Source of the DNA: Scyliorhinus canicula | Lineage: Eukaryota | Length of the DNA: 64,000 nt | Assembly: GCF_902713615.1 (NCBI RefSeq) | Contig: NC_052146.1 | Location: forward strand, 195,071,199 to 195,135,198 | Reading direction: 5' to 3' | In this document: positions 23,486 to 36,175 of the stretch, piece after piece | How positions within the stretch are numbered: position 1 is the stretch's first letter | Layout of the letters: each line of letters begins with the position of its first letter | Notes under the pieces: model-generated | Told to the model about the DNA's origin: nothing | The model's input: only the letters and a program-made list of their open reading frames with translations | Databases searched by the model: none | Made by a program: the position numbers and the translations under genes

Positions 23486-25414
23486 AGGAATGTCACAAAT
23501 GGGTTTTATGTGGATGCTTGTTTGGATTTTGGGAAACCAATGCTTTCTTGTGGCCCCACTCAATTGCAGTTCTCTTACCTTAGCAGTAGAACGGTAGGCA
23601 CATAAATCACCTTTTTCTTCAGAATTGGAACCAAGTAGCTGTATAAAAGCAGCTATAGTGAGTGTTAGTTCACAAAGGCGTTGTGGCTAAAAATAAAATA
23701 CGTGGGACGCAGAGTTTTTTGAAATGGTAATTAACTCGTGATATGCAACTCTGTAATTATCCACACTGTAGTAATTGGGCAGTCGCATCTCCCAGGGAAT
23801 ATGAGAACTCTAACTTTGAAAAATATTGAATTTGATGCGCTTTGGTTTTTAAAAAGGCATGATTTATACTTGAAATTGGGTTGGTTTGATAAGGCCTTTT
23901 TGATAGTCCTGAAGTCATTGAGCAGGTTAGTTGACGTTAATACCAAGAAATGCCAGATAATACATATTGCAAAGTGAGTGGTACTTTGGATAGTGTAATT
24001 ATTGTACATAATACAAACATTGTAAACTGAGGAAGTGGGTTTGACCTCCTGGGCTTCATAAGCAAGCATATATTGTAGACAAAGGTTTTAATAGACTTGG
24101 AATAGATAATACATGCAAGTTGCATTTGAGATGTAGGTTGCATGTCTGTGTTGGGTCTGGTTTGAATCTACCTCATTGTGGATTGGAAGTCTCTTTGCCG
24201 CCCATTCCCACTTCTAATGTCAATGAGCAACAGTCACAGTAAAATAAACAAACTACGCTGGTGCTGAAGATGGCCACAGGATATGATTAAACAAAATTTA
24301 GCAAAAGGGGCTTATTGTTATATTTGATAAGATGTGTGTGTGCTTTTTATGGGACCCAGCAGAGTGTGATAACCCAGTGATAATGGTACTAGACTAGCAA
24401 TCCAAAATCACAAGTCCAAATTGGATGAGGGCAATTCAATTCTGTTAATCTGGTAATTAGTGAACCAACTGCAGCAAATTACCACGGCTGACTAATGTTC
24501 TTCGGGGAAGTGACCCTGCCACCAATCCCATACAATGTGGTTGAATCTTAATGCGCATTTGTGGATGGGTAATAAATAAAGCCTTGTGCTTGTCTCCCAT
24601 ATTCCAGGAACAAGTGATCATAGTACTGGATCAGCAACCTGCAGGCTGAAGGTTCAAGTTGCATTTTGGAATTTAAAATGTTCTTGGGCAAGTGGAATAT
24701 TGGACCGTGGCAAATAAAATGTCAGGTTGCTCGCGTGTGCCCAAGGATCATTCAACTGCTTCCAGTCATGTGCTTTATTCTGCCCAGTCCACATATTGAT
24801 GTTTTTACCCACATTTTGGCAACTAGGCACACAATGATGTGTGCAGCCTTTGCATATGTGCAGTTAGTGCCACAGGAGTGTAGAAATCAGTACTGTGTGT
24901 GTTTTGTGATGAAGCATGCTAATTTGCCAGGGTGTCCCACCAATTTGTGGTGGTGTGTAGTTTTGTTCTGTTTTGGTGTAGGGAAACAAGTGCAATACCA
25001 GTGACAAATAGCCCATTCAACGGGTCACAATTATTGAAGATTATTTATTAAAGTAGAAACAAATATGCACAAACTCTACTCTCGCAATTTAAGATGTATG
25101 AATTACTAAACACACACATTATATAGAGTGTATCCCTTGTCACAAATATATCTACGATTCCTGAACTCTGTATGACTTCCCCCGTTCCTCAACAACATCC
25201 AAATTGAATAACCATCTTTTTCCTGGTCCAGCGAAGATATTTTAAAATTGCTCTTACGTAGGTTGCTGCACACAATGGCACTAAGACTTCGAAGTTTGTT
25301 TGTTGTTAACGTGGCCTTCAGGCCTGGTGGCTGGAAACTGGCCTGTCCACTTTGAGACTGCTATATGGTAACTGCCTGCCTTCCTTCTCCGGGACTAGTT
25401 AATTATACCTTTGT

Positions 25415-25630
25415 GGAGGCAGCATGGTGGCGCAGTGGGTTATCCCTGCTGCCTCACGGCGCTGAGGTCCCCGGCTCTGAGTCACTGCCCGTGTGGAGTT
25501 TGCACATTCTCCCCGTGTTTGCGTGGGTTTCGCACCCACAACACAAAGATGTGCCGGCTAGGTGGATTGACCACGCTAAATTGCCCCTTCATTGTAAAAA
25601 ATGAATTGGGTACTCTAAATTTATTTTTAA
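25415..25630 (+). mobile_element. Short HE1-type V-SINE
   Basis: Perfect 14-bp TSD AATTATACCTTTGT. Confidence 0.92.
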
Positions 25631-26237
25631 AATTATACCTTTGTTGTTCTTTGATTATGCCTTCTGTGCATTTGGCTGTCTGCCCCCATCAGCTTCCTTG
25701 ACTATACATATGTATATCTCAGGGACCTTCCCAATCGTCAATAATCAGTTTCTCCTCCATAAGATATTCACACTTGATTATCTAAACTGCAATTCTAAGC
25801 CCCTTACTGGGAGAGACATGCATACCAATTGAGGCCCTTTGAATACTGTGCTGCTGTCTCCAGGTGGACTCATGACAGTGTGTATATAATTTATATATTA
25901 AATATTTTCTTTGCATATATAGGTGTGTGTATATATAATAGCATGTTATTTGTTGCAAAACATTCCCAGTTCGTGACTGGAATTGAGGATGCTTTGGAAA
26001 AATTGCGACGTTGGGCTGTAATTATAAAACAACTGCTTTGTCACACCTTAGTCAAACTGGTTCAATTTAATTACAATTTCATCTATACCAGCTGAATTGG
26101 CCTTGCCCCTTTTATAAGTGATCTCAGCTTGCTGCTGCACTTTGTTTTCGGTTGGGAAATTTGATGTCCACATGGCTTTTACCACATGTGTCAGGTCCTT
26201 GATGCTGATCACATTCATTTATATTTTTAAAAAACAG

Positions 26238-26342
26238 TTCAGGCAGAGTCTGGCTCTCCCAACGTAGTGTCTGCAGCTCCCTGTCAAGCGGATCCTAATC
26301 AGTATGAAATACAGTTTGCACGGCTGAAAATCTTCCTTTTCG
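26238..26342 (+). CDS. TAF5L: TAF5L second coding exon (105 bp)
   Basis: acAG|TTCAG...TTCG|GTAAGT. Translates (V)QAESGSPNVVSAAPCQADPNQYEIQFARLKIFLF; phases match the neighbouring exons. Not in the ORF track. Confidence 0.94.
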
Positions 26343-27991
26343 GTAAGTTTGGATAGAAGCAGGCTTGTTTAAATTTGTTTAGTTTATGTAAAATTGCCCA
26401 TGCGCTGGGTTTGTGTCTCGTTCTCTACTTGATACCCTTTTTGAATTCAATAGATCACGTTAGAAAGCTGCAATTGTGTGACGTACAAATTTTTACCTGA
26501 AAGGAAAGTATTATTTGAAGTTTGTCCTCTTCACAGTAACTTCATTGCAGTGTTTATGTAAGCCTACTTCTGACAATAATAAAGATTATAATTATTATAA
26601 GATTAGTTAAATAACTATTGAGCAATTCTAAAATCAAAGGGAAGGTATTCTATCAGTACAGCTGACTTATTGGTGCTGCCAAACATACTTAAAACTCATC
26701 ATTCGAGTTCTGAAGAGAGGCTAGGGAGGTATGGGTAGCCGCGTGGCATGTTACAGGATTAGTATTCCAGAGGCCTGGTTTAATGATTCAGAGGCATAGT
26801 TCAAATCCCACCAATACAATTGGGAAAAATTCAATTAATTAAAAAACTCGGGAATCAAAAGCTAGTATAATTAATAGTGACCAGAAAGCTACCAGATCAC
26901 AGTAAAAGCCCATTCGGTTCACTGCTGTCTTTTAGGGAAGGGAATCTGCAGTCCTTACTCAGTGACACCCATACCATAGGCTGGACGCACAACAATGTGA
27001 ACAACTCTTAGCATCTTCCAAAATGGTCACACAAGACACTCAATTGCATTCAAGGAGGTGGCCCAGTGCCATTTTTAAGGACAATTGGGGATTGGCAGAA
27101 AATTCTGGCTTTGTCTGCGATGTCTATGTCCCATGAATATTTAAGAATGGGCATTAGTGACTAAGTCACAGGTACTCTATTTGTAGAAAGATTTTAAGTT
27201 ATGTCTCCTGTTTAGTTAATTGAGTGTCTTGGTTGAACAAAGCTTTATTATAAATACTTTGTTCCTCCTTAAATCAACACTCTGCTTTTTGAGAGGAGTT
27301 ATTTGGAAGGAGAAAACTCTTCTTCCTATTGATATTGAAGCAGTTCTCCCAGAGGTCTTGGAAATGAGGAGTGCAGTCACCTGCTTTTATATCGATGAAC
27401 TAACCCACTGTCAGATACTTGTTCAGCATGATTCTAGATTTATCTGAAATTTATCTTGCTATTCACCACGGGAGATGAAAATGGGAAAGATAACAGTGTG
27501 AGAGATGGTGTACTATATATTCTAACTTGAATAACCGTTTCATTTGTAAAGAATGATAATGAAAAATCTGGCATATAGAGAGTCAAGTGGTCCTTGTGGA
27601 GAGTCAATTGATCCATTCTCAAGAGCTTATAGGATTTTGAATTTTCCTGGATTTTGAATTCCAGGAAAATAGTTGTCGGAGTTCACTTCACTCCCTTCCC
27701 TGAATGCAGAAAATGTATTCGTTCAATCACTCAAATTCTCACAGGTAAAGAAAGTTACTGAAGAGAATGACAAAGATATTGGGACTTCCACTGTTTAGAA
27801 GCACATGTTACTGCTTGTTCTTTTCTAGGTATCCATCTGCCAGTCCATCTGATAGACCTAATAAATACTGTTAACCTGAAGAGCATTGTCTGACAGCGAG
27901 ACATTTAGAAATACCAGGAGGGTTTCAACCAGTGTTCCCACAAAGCTGTGCGTGACCATGCAGGACTTGATCCAGATTAAATGCAACACGT

Positions 27992-28250
27992 TAGGGCAGC
28001 GCGATGGCCCAGTGGTTAGCACTGCTGCTTCACAGCGCTGAGGCCCCGGGTTCGATCCTGGCCCCGGGTTCGATCCTGGCCCCGGGTTCGATCCTGGCCC
28101 CGGGTCACGGACTATGTGGAGTTTGCACATTCTTCCTGTGTTGGTTTGGTCTCGCCCCCATAACCCAAAAATGTGCATGGTGAATGGGCCACATTAAATT
28201 GCCCCTTAATTGGGGGAAAAAAGAATTGAGTACTCTAAATTTATTTTAAA
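27992..28250 (+). mobile_element. Short HE1-type V-SINE with triplicated B box
   Basis: (GGCCCCGGGTTCGATCCT)x3; TSD aaatgcaacac / aaatacaacac. Confidence 0.9.
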
Positions 28251-28479
28251 AAATACAACACATTGTGCATCCACTCAAATAAATTTAAAGGTACTACACA
28301 TTGAAAAAACAACAACATTTTGGAAGGAACGTTGGTGCTGACTGTTTCCCATGCTTGCATCAGTGGAGTCAGGGTTTGCCTTTCACTTACCCAGTGGACT
28401 CATGTGATTATGGTTTTGGTCTTGGAAAGTGGGACTTGCCAATGGAAGCTCCTTTTTCTGTTGAACACAAGTCGGAAAT

Positions 28480-30075
28480 CCTAGAATGGCTTCAGCACAG
28501 AAGGAGGCCATTCAGCTTGACCCATCTGTGCTGACGAGCAAGGCTCCCCCCCCCTTCCCCATTTCCCTGCAATTTGCTTTCCTTTCAGGTACTTATCCAA
28601 TTCCCTGTTTGAAAGCCATGATTGAATCTGCCTCCATGACACCCAGATCCGAACTACTCATTGCTTACATCGTTTTTCCTTTGATCCTTTTGACTTTCAC
28701 TTAAATCACTGCCTTCTGGTACTCAACTCTTCCACCAATGGGAACAGCTGCACTCTTTATACTCTGTCTACACCGCTCAGGATTCTCATCACCTCTATCA
28801 ATAATCTCTTCTCAACCTTTACTTCACTCAGGAGAACAGCCCCAATCTGTCCACGTAACTGAAGATCCTCATTCCTGAAACCATTCTCATAAATCTTTAC
28901 TGCACCCCTTCTTGATAACTATACCTCCTTTCTAAGGGGTGACGCCCTGAATCAAACACGATACTCCATTGAAGCCAAACCAAACCTTTTTATAAAGGTT
29001 CAATTTCCTAGCTTTTGTACTCTGCTTCTCTTTTTACAACTTATTCTATCTACTTTTTCATCCTGTCCTGGCATCTTCAATTTGTGCACACATAACCCCA
29101 AGAGTCTCTGTTCCTGCAGCCCCTTTAGAATTGTACTCTTTATTTCATTTTGCTGTTTCTCATTCTTCCTACCAAAATGGCTGACTTTGCACTTCATTAA
29201 ATTACATTTGCCATGTGTCTGCCCATTCCACCAGCCTGTCTATGTCTTCTTGAAACCTGTCAATATCCTTCTCACAGTTCACTATACTTGCAAGTTTTTG
29301 TCTTCTGCAAATTTTAAAATCGTGCCCTTTGTACCCCAGTCCAAAGTTATTAATCTAGATTAAGAAAAGCTGTGGTCCTAGATCAACCCCTGGGGAATAT
29401 CATTGTATACCTTTCATTCTGAAAAAGAACCATTTACCTGCTACCTTTTCCTATCACTCAGCCAGCTTTGTACCAGGCCGTCACTCTCCCTTGTATTCAA
29501 TGAACTTCCACTTTCTTGGGAAGCCTAATATGTGGCTTATTATCAGAAGTCTTTTGGAAGTCCATGCACACCACATCAACTGCATTACCCTCATTAATCG
29601 TCTCTGTTACCTTGTCAAACTGAATCAAGTTAGTTAAACACGAGTTGCCTTTAACTAATCCTTGCTGGCTTTCCTTAATTAATCCAGAATTATTCAAGTG
29701 ACTGTTAACTTGGTCCCATATTATTGTTTCTAAAAGCTTCCCCACCATCAAAGTTAAACCGATTGGCCTATGGTTGCCGGGTTTATCATTGCTCACTTTA
29801 TTTTGAACACCCATCCTTTTATACCCATTTCCTGTTTATATGCCTATCGAAGATATTTGTTCCCTTTTATGTTGGCTTGACAGTCTCTTCTCACTCTCTA
29901 TGTTACTCTCTCATTTCTAGTTCATTTCCCCTCTGAACTTTCTGTATTCAGCCTGGTTTTAATTTGTATTAGCAACGTGATATCTGTCGTATGCATCTTT
30001 TTCTCTGTATATCTCCTTTTGTCATGCAGGGATCTTTGGTAACCCTATCTTTCTCCCTTGTGGGAATATACCACA
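28480..30075 (-). mobile_element. Older CR1 LINE RT fragment
   Basis: PGNHRPIGLT, SCLTNL, DVVCMDFQK and KCKVSHFGRKN; tail cagcacagaaggaggccattc. Confidence 0.88.
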
Positions 30076-30237
30076 ACTCCACCCCTCTCCAGCAATGCGT
30101 TCATCTGCTCTTTCCTCCTATTGCTATACACCCTTGTGCACGGCACCAACAGTAATCCAGGGGAGAAAAATAAAGTTTGAGTTTTAACGCGTGCTGAAAG
30201 TGTTTTTACTCACTTCACTATCACATTTCTATTCCAG

Positions 30238-30962
30238 ATACAGAATCGAAGTACAGCCGAGAAGTGAAACAATTGCTCTACCCTTTATTCATCTACCTCC
30301 ACCTTGACATGGTGCACAGTGGTTTGAAGAGTGCAGCAGACAGCTTCTACAGTCGGTTTCACGGGATGTTCCTACAAAATACAGATCAGAAGGACATCAT
30401 GGAACAGCTGCGGACTACTCTGAATAGCCAGGATATTTATTCAAACTGTAAGCTGCGTAGCCTGATTGAAAACAAATATGTTGTTAGCCTTACTGAAGAA
30501 AGCTACAACTATCTCCTCCGCTACCTCCAGAGTGACAACAATAGTGCTTTGTGCAAGATTCTTGCCTCTCGGGTTCAGCTAGACGTTCAGTGTTCTCCGC
30601 AGACAGGTTATCAGCTGTACAGTGTTGGCACACAATCGCGCAGTGAGGGGGTGGGCATAGAGCCCTCAGAACTACCCTCTACCATGTTGCAGAATGAAGC
30701 CGCACTGGACATGTTGCAGGACACTATAAAACGGGTAAAAGATGGACCTCCTTCTCTCACAACTATTTGTTTCTATGCTTTCTACAACACAGACCAGCTA
30801 CTCAATACTGCAGAAATTTCACCGGACAACAAGTTGCTAAGTGCTGGCTTTGACAACTCTTGCATCAAACTCTGGAGCTTGAGGCCAAAGAAGCTCAAGC
30901 TTGGACCGCAGCAGGTGGATGTTTCTCGAATCAACCTCGCCTGTGATATCTTGGATGATGAG
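30238..30962 (+). CDS. TAF5L: TAF5L third coding exon (725 bp; TAF5 NTD2 domain and first WD repeat)
   Basis: ttccAG|ATACA...GATGAG|GTATGA. Overlaps ORF 30264..30968 (LLYPLFIYLHLDMV, GFDNSCIKLWSL). Confidence 0.96.
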
Positions 30963-31231
30963 GTATGAAGGTCTTGGTGCTAGAAAATGGTCTGTTCTTG
31001 TCTATTGCCCTGTCCTTGCTCTCTCTTTTAATTTCTCTTTTTCTCCACTGTTCTTTCTGTATTTCTATTTTCTTTTTGGGTGGTGTGCGGGGAAGATAAC
31101 CTTCTGAGTGCAGCCGGTCAGACTTCCCAATGGCAGGTAGGGAAGAATGCAGCTTGAAGGACGTGGCACCCTCCTGCTTTACAACATCCCCCTTTCTCGT
31201 GTTTCACTTTCACCCTCTCTTCTTCCCAACA

Positions 31232-31441
31232 TTTTTATTTTATTTTGTTTTTATAAATTTAGAGTGCCCTCTTTTTTTCCAATTAAGGAGCAATTTAGTA
31301 TGGCCAATCCACCTACCCTGCACATCTTTGGGTTGTGAGGGTGAGACCCACGCAGACACTGGGAGAATGTGCAAACTCCACACAGACCTCGGTCCTCGGT
31401 GCCATGAGGCAGCAGCACTAATCACTGCGTCACCGTGCCGC
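31232..31441 (-). mobile_element. Short HE1-type V-SINE
   Basis: TSD ctcttcttcccaacat. Confidence 0.88.
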
Positions 31442-31569
31442 CCCTCTTCTTCCCAACATACCCTCGTAGCAGAGCCCTTCCTCAATTATCCTCCTCCCTC
31501 ACACACTGTATGCTCCATGATGCACCATTGGCAAACTCCACATTTCATCTCGTGGTTTGACTTCCAGCT

Positions 31570-31972
31570 GTGCCTTAGTTGATATTCTTCTGAAACTCCG
31601 AAGGTTTTTGGTTCAAACTCCACTCCAGAGACTTGAGCACAAAAGCTTTGGCTGACACCCCAGTGCAGCACTGAGGGAGTCCTGCATTTTCTTGAGTTGC
31701 CGTCTTTTGATGAGATGTTAAATTGGTCCCTGCCTGCTCTCGTGGGTGGGTATAAAAGATTCGTTGGCACTATTTTAAAGAAGAGCAGGGCAGTTATCCC
31801 CGTCACCTGATGATTTATCCCTCAAACATCTTCAATAAAGCAGATAATCACATTGCTGTTTGTGGGGCCTTGCTGTACACAACTGGCTGTCCCAGTTTCT
31901 GTAGTACAACAGTGAATACCAAGTTACTTCATTGGCTGTCAAGCACCGTGGGATGTCCTGAGGTGTATATAA
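31570..31972 (+). mobile_element. DeuSINE (SacSINE1-like)
   Basis: gatgagatgttaaa...aaaagattcgttggcactatttt...gaagagcaggg. Confidence 0.78.
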
Positions 31973-32344
31973 CCCAAAATTAATTTTCTCCATAATGAAT
32001 GCAATAGTCTCATCTATAGCTTGAGTTTGTGCAGCAGATGACTTACTAGCAGCTGGCAGTGAAATGTATTATTTTTTTTCATTGCAGCTCAATTATCATC
32101 CAAACATTCTGTAAACAAGTTGGGGGGTGGGTAGCATTGGTAATATTAACACCCCCAATTTTCATGCATTGGTGCCACCTGTGTGCACTCAGGAATGTCC
32201 TCAGGAATATAAAACTGGAGAGACTTCTTAGGTGAGGATACCTTCTCTCCCACATTCGGGCAGGGTCAATTCTTGCCTTTGGAATGGACAGGTAAAGAGA
32301 AAATTGGAATGGGAGAAATGAAAGACAAATGGGGTCAGTATTGG

Positions 32345-33060
32345 TGAAAGGGTTATGCATTTTGCTGAAAAGAGAGACCTGTCACTGAAGCTTTCTGTCT
32401 TGTACTCGTCAGGACAAATGCAAGAATGCCAAATTTCAAATGATCACAATTTATACTGCAGGAGGAATGGATCCTGATTGATTGATTGGCAAGTTGACTC
32501 AATTTGGTGGAAGCATTGCCAAGGAGAAAGCAAAAGGGAACTAATAGGCTTCTCAACCTGAGCAATTCAAAAAAGGCATAAAGCTTGAACATATTCTTTT
32601 CATTTCCAGAGAACGAGTCCCTGTTAAAGATGCTTGTTGCTTCTAGCAAGTGTAGAATTTACAGTGCAGAAGGAGGCCTTTTGGCCCATCGAGTCTGCAC
32701 TGGCCCTTACTAAAGCCCACAACTCCACCCTATCCCCGTAACCAAGTAATCCCACCTACCCTTTTTTTTTTGGACACTAAGGGCAATTTAGCATGGCCAA
32801 TCCACCTAGTCACATCTTTGGACTATGGGAGAAAACCAGAGGACCCGGAGGAAACCCATGCAGACTTGGAGAGAATGTACAGACTCTGCATAGACAGTGA
32901 CCCAAGCTGAAATTGAACCTGCGACCCTGGAGCTGTGAAGCAACAGTGCTAACCACTATGCTACCGTGTCACCCACATCATGAGCTTGATTAATTATCTT
33001 AACTTAGCTTTAGTGTAGCCATTAGTGCACTCAGGATTGTTCAGCAAGTGCTGCCCTGCC
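32345..33060 (-). mobile_element. Penelope-like 3' end (second family), split by a SINE at 32652-32973
   Basis: LEATSI...resembles the GIY-YIG C-terminus; CTGACGA..GAAAGCTT terminal motif. Confidence 0.55.
32652..32973 (-). mobile_element. Long HE1-type V-SINE
   Basis: Head, core and CR1-like tail. Confidence 0.9.
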
Positions 33061-33299
33061 GTGGAATGGCATCTGACAGTAGACTTTTTGTTTTGGGTTT
33101 TGCAAATGCGGGCTGGCTGAATATGGTCTGTACTCACCTTTAGGAATACTCAAAGGAACGTTGAGGTGAGTGCGGCATAAGCAGTTAGAATCCCAGGGAT
33201 GGAAGATCCTAATTTTAACAAGTATGTATTTCCTAGAGCTGAACAGGATGGATTCAGCCATTGCTAAACTGCAGCAAACTGATTTATTCAGTATTTTAG

Positions 33300-34010
33300 T
33301 ATAATTTGCTCAGTGGACAGGATGTTGAGGAATAGTATGTTGATGAATGAGGGGCTTGGGAGGAGATGAAAAATTAACACTAGGATATATCAAAGTGAAA
33401 ATATAGCTTGGAGGGAGATGAGAATTTAACACTGGGATATATTAAAGTGGAAATAAAAGTTTGGTGCTGTGGAGGCACAATGCAGTCTGTGGTGAAAAGT
33501 GGAGTAATCAGCAGTTGCAACGATTGAACAGCGGTCAAGGATAGTGAAAAGGACAGTTAGCACTAACCAGGGTTACACAGAATGCCATTGTGACATTGAC
33601 CACGGTGGGGGTCTCTGTCTTGGTCTGTTTCAGAAGTAAGATTGGAAGATGCCTGTTGAGAGTTTGTGGCAGAAATAACCAGCCTTTTCTGTCCATGGCT
33701 AGGATGGGAAAAGTAGTTTGTCAGGACAGGTGGTTGGGGATGGGTCCTCCTTCGTCTTTGGAAAAAAGTTTTAAGCAAAGTAATATTAGTGAAGACTGGG
33801 GCAGAACGGTGCAATGCCAGTTGGTGTGATGTCAATAAAGACGGAGGGAATGGTCAGATGAGAGGAGGTTGAGGAATTAGCTGAGAGGCTTCAAGGAAGA
33901 GAGGGGTAGAATGGAATGGGGTGGGAAAAGAGACCATAAATGCGAGACATTGGAAAGGGGAGACCAGGGGTTACTAAACAGGTGGCTTCTATTTTTAACA
34001 TCAAGAAAGG
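33300..34010 (-). mobile_element. Degraded L2-type LINE internal fragment
   Basis: Purine-rich plus strand with the pattern typical of the L2 EN-RT linker; weak similarity to 21700-21970. Confidence 0.4.
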
Positions 34011-34238
34011 CAGGAGCTGAAGATGCAGGGTTTAAGATGTGTTTTGGGCTGTTTTACTCTCTAGAATGCGGAAATGAGAGCGAGTGATTTTGTGCTGTAT
34101 CCCAAAATCCCTCACCCCATCATTGGTTCCCAGGCCTTGAGCTGTCTAAGCCCTAAAACTCTGGAATTCTCTCCTTAGACCATTCCTGTGCTCCTTCCTG
34201 TTAAAACTTTACCTCTTTGACCAATCATTTAAACATCG

Positions 34239-34561
34239 TGGGTGGCACGATAGCACAATGGTTAGCACTGTTCCTTCACAGCTCCATGGTCCCGGCTTAG
34301 GTCACTGTCTGTGCAAGGTCTGCACGTTTTCCTCATGTCTGTGTGAGTTTCCTCCGGGTGTTCCAGTTTCCTCCACAGTTCAAAAATGTGCAGGTTAGGT
34401 GGATTGGCCATGTTAAATGTCCTTTGGTATCCAAAAATGTTAGCTGGGGTTACTGGGATAGGGTGAAGATGTGGGCTTAAGCAGAATCCTCTTTCCAAGG
34501 GCTGGTGCAGACTCGATGGGCCAAATGGCCTCCTTCTGCACTGTAAATTCTATGATTCTAT
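34239..34561 (+). mobile_element. Long HE1-type V-SINE inserted in an L2 3' end (34090-34650)
   Basis: Tail aattctatgattctat. Confidence 0.9.
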
Positions 34562-36019
34562 CTGCACTGATGTCAGTTTTTGTCTGACCATGCTCCTGTG
34601 AAGTACTTTGGGGTGATTTACTATGTTGGAAGTTCTGTGTAAAAAGCAAGCACCGCCTGAGGTGGTCCCATCAGTCACCAAGATGAATCAATTATTAATT
34701 CATGGAACATTAGCATTGCTGGCAAGGCAGCATTTAATACAACTCCTTGAGTACCTTGGATAAGGTGGTGGTAAGTCGCTGCCATCAAACTTTGTAATCC
34801 ATGTGATGTACGTACACCCACACTTTAGGGCGTTCCAGGATTTCGATCCAATGACTGTATTTTCCAAGTAGGAATGGTGGAAGATTTGGAGGAGAACTTG
34901 ATGTTTTTCCCAAGTACCCTCTGCCCTTTGGTGGAGGGTTGAAAGGCGCCTTTTCCAATTGCTGCATTGAATCTGGTAGATGGTTTACTCTGCAATCACA
35001 CTTTGTTTTAATGGTGGAGACTTAAGGTGGTGGATGGGCCATCAATCAAGCAGAGTTCAAGTCTCGGCCTGCAGACTTAAGGTTACCCATGTGACCTGTG
35101 CACCAGGCAGTGGAGTGGGTGGCGAACTTTGCTTTGATATTAAATTGGGCAAATCAGAACTGATCAACGAGTCACATGAGGTTTTTTAGACGTGGCAAAT
35201 GTTTGAAAGTTGACCCCAATCAACTGAAGCATGTGGAGAAGGGACAAGGTGGCTTCAAGGTTTGCTTGTTGGGAGTCATCCTCTATATTGTGGCGGAGTT
35301 GACCAAGGGAAGCGGAGTCTGTCCGAGGCAGACACGCTGGGTGCTGTTCCACAGAAAAATGGCTGTGATTGGGTTCTGTGTGTTGTGTTTCTTTTTCTCA
35401 TTATCTGGAATACTGACATTTATTGCTCATCTGTAGTTCCCCTTGAGGTGCTTCCATTCGATACAACTAAGTAACTTGCTAGGTCAATTCAGAGAACTTA
35501 AGTCAATCATCACGGACACATTTGGGTCAAACTAGGTCAGGTTTTTCTTCCTCAAGACCATTTTATTGGGCATCGACTCAATAAATGTCACTGCTGTGGT
35601 GGGATTTTGAATGTTCTCTGGATTTTTTTTAATAGAGGAGTTACTGGTTTGTAACAGGATTGTTAAATCCCAGGTACATCTATGAATCCATAGAGATGTG
35701 AATCATGTAATCTGTAACCTGACCACTTGTAACAGTGATTAATCCACTGTCGTACTGAGCCTGTGAGGAGTGATGCAAACTGGGTCAATCCTCCTCACAA
35801 CCTCAGACTGAATTTTAAAAGCCTTAAAATTGTAATGAATGAGTAAAGATTTTTTTGTATTGTTTTGGCCACTGACTCCTGGAGTGCGACAAAGCACGAA
35901 CCGACCGTTCGGCCCATTGAGTCTATGCCAGCATAATTTATTTTTTGTTTGGTCTCCCAACTACTACTGAGGCAGTAGAGCAGTGACACTATCTTCACTG
36001 GTATACGGTGTATAGACTG

Positions 36020-36175
36020 TGGTGAGAGGAACATTCAGGTTAAATATTTCAGGTCAATAACCTTTCATCAGAAGAGTTCCCCAAGCTTTTCCTCTCACCA
36101 GGTGCTGCTGGAAGTTCTTGAGTGTCTGTGGCATTTTGTCTTTATTCTAGATTTCCCATGCCTGCAATATTTGTA
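36020..36175. mobile_element. Short Penelope-type inverted terminal pair
   Basis: Minus-strand CTGATGA..GAAA motif joined to the plus-strand terminal repeat. Confidence 0.55.

Noticed and set aside
24930-25830. Possible solo LTR on the minus strand
   Set aside because: AATAAA and TATA-like words are present, but I could not identify TG...CA ends or a TSD.
27220-27860. Coding-like unique sequence with a small hairpin (ttttcctgga/tccaggaaaa, 27642-27669) in TAF5L intron
   Set aside because: Only faint LINE-like words (HDSRFI, WRVN); too weak to classify, and a 10-bp stem can arise by chance.
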